Below, in pieces: positions 62,737 through 64,000 of a stretch of 64,000 nucleotides of DNA (position 1 is its first letter; each line of letters starts with the position of its first letter). Made by a program: the position numbers and the translations under genes. Below the pieces are notes generated by a model. That model was not told where the DNA came from. It searched no databases and saw nothing but the letters and a program-made list of their open reading frames with translations. This stretch comes from Psilocybe cubensis. Taxonomy: Eukaryota. The stretch spans positions 1,984,001 through 2,048,000 of the forward strand of contig CM039005.1 of the NCBI GenBank assembly GCA_017499595.2. Reading direction: 5' to 3'.

Positions 62737-64000
62737 ATGGCACCCAAGCCTTCTACAGAACAACTGAAACAAAAAAGCTTAACCTCATTTTTCGCCAAGG
62801 GTCCCGCCGCAAGCACCACTCCGGCTGGCTCAACCTCGAAGTCCTCCTCAAAACCCGTTGCAAAACCCAAAACAGAAGCAGTGAAAGCGAAAGAGCCAGT
62901 GCAGGAGCGGAAGTCGAGCTCGTCTAATAACGCGCTTAAATCTCTACCTCCCTCATCTCCTCATGAACCGAAGACGCCAGAAACACGGCACACGGGATTC
63001 TCCACCTCTGGGCGTAGCTCAGTCCCGTCGACGCGAAACGGTACTTCGCCACCGCCCAGCAGTGACCCCATAGATGTAGATATGTTGGACAATACTGATG
63101 ATGCTAAAAGCATGCCATCGTCCACGAAGTCTGTAAGTATTTCTTTTACCTGATTCTTGAAAATGTCCTATAAAAATCCAAAGCAGACCACCCAAAGCCG
63201 TTCGAAACGAAAAGTCATTCTAGACGATTCGGACGAAGAAGCTGAGGACGCCCCGCTGGCGAGTAATGGAAGGAGGAAAGCATCCATACGGAGCTCATCT
63301 CCTACTGAAGCTATAAGAAGTTTGTTATTGCTCTTTTTCTTTTACGACGCTGCTTAAGAAATCAATTAGGTCAGACAAAACGACCTCGTTTGTCCACTGT
63401 TGTTATTGAGGATGACGAGGAAGAGGACGAGGAAGACCTGAAGGCATCGCTTTCGCAGCGCCTTTCGCGTTTCAAAAAATCTCCTGTGAAGAAAGGTAGG
63501 CGTTCACTATCTACTTTTGTGAAGTAGGTCGGGACACATTATATTAGGCAATTCCAAATCAAGGGCGTCTTCAGATGACGAAGACTTCATTGTGCCGGAC
63601 GATTCGGATGAAGATTCACACTCTATCAAATCACACAAGTCGAGCTCGTCGCGTCGTTCTTCCACTTCGTCCCGCACTTCAGCTGCGTCTTCTGAAGACG
63701 AAGATCACTTTGACGATGATGACCTTGAAGAAGACGAAGCTCCCAAGAAATCCAAGGCGAAAACAAAAACTAAATCTTCAGGAAAGTCAACCTCGAGTAA
63801 GAGTTCTGCGGCTAAGCCGTCTGGAGACGGGGTAGGAAACGGAACGTTTTCACTTCTCACTGCAGCCGAACAACGCGAACAAGAAAAGAAGGATGACAAG
63901 AAGGCAGCTGAGTCTCCTTATGACTTCCTAATGGATGTTAGAGACGTAAGCTCTTATTCAGCTTCGAAATCTAAGAGCATATACCAATTATATCACAATA
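62737..64000 (+). CDS. MSH6: DNA mismatch repair protein Msh6, 5' part (truncated by the window end)
   Basis: N-terminal PIP box KQKSLTSFF, a long S/D/E/K-rich disordered region, then ESPYDFLMDVRD, which resembles the start of the Msh6 mismatch-binding domain. Confidence 0.8.

Noticed and set aside
1-64000. tRNA, rRNA or autonomous transposon
   Set aside because: I saw no cloverleaf/T-loop context and no transposase, RT or integrase motifs by eye. A tRNAscan-SE or TE-domain search would be needed to exclude them fully.

Overview
This is gene-dense, intron-rich eukaryotic DNA. Introns are about 50-60 nt GT-AG and the gene content suggests a basidiomycete fungus, probably an agaricomycete. Conserved genes I recognise: parvulin PIN4/Par14 head-to-head with RLI1/ABCE1, DNAJC17/CWC23, two DHA1-type MFS transporters, an Ecm4-like omega GST, a paxillin-like LIM protein, an expansin/loosenin-like DPBB protein, HSBP1, an RRM protein, a Crh/Utr2-type GH16, a Pho80/Pcl-like cyclin, SEC24 and the 5' part of MSH6. 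The most notable observations are: (1) a large gene (40.2-48.1 kb) with several collinear motifs resembling animal UNC80, a NALCN channel subunit; (2) a tandem array of five atypical AgaK1-like kinases with a gene-conversion tract, followed by an intronless cyclin; (3) an orphan 10-exon membrane-protein gene built from duplicated phase-1 exons, with a decayed third copy and minisatellites on both sides; (4) structured RNA elements in an RLI1 intron and 3' region, plus an in-frame ATG right after the RLI1 stop; (5) an XPG/FEN1-like protein that has lost catalytic acidic residues. Gene models were built by hand from splice signals. Family assignments come from recalled motifs, not database searches.
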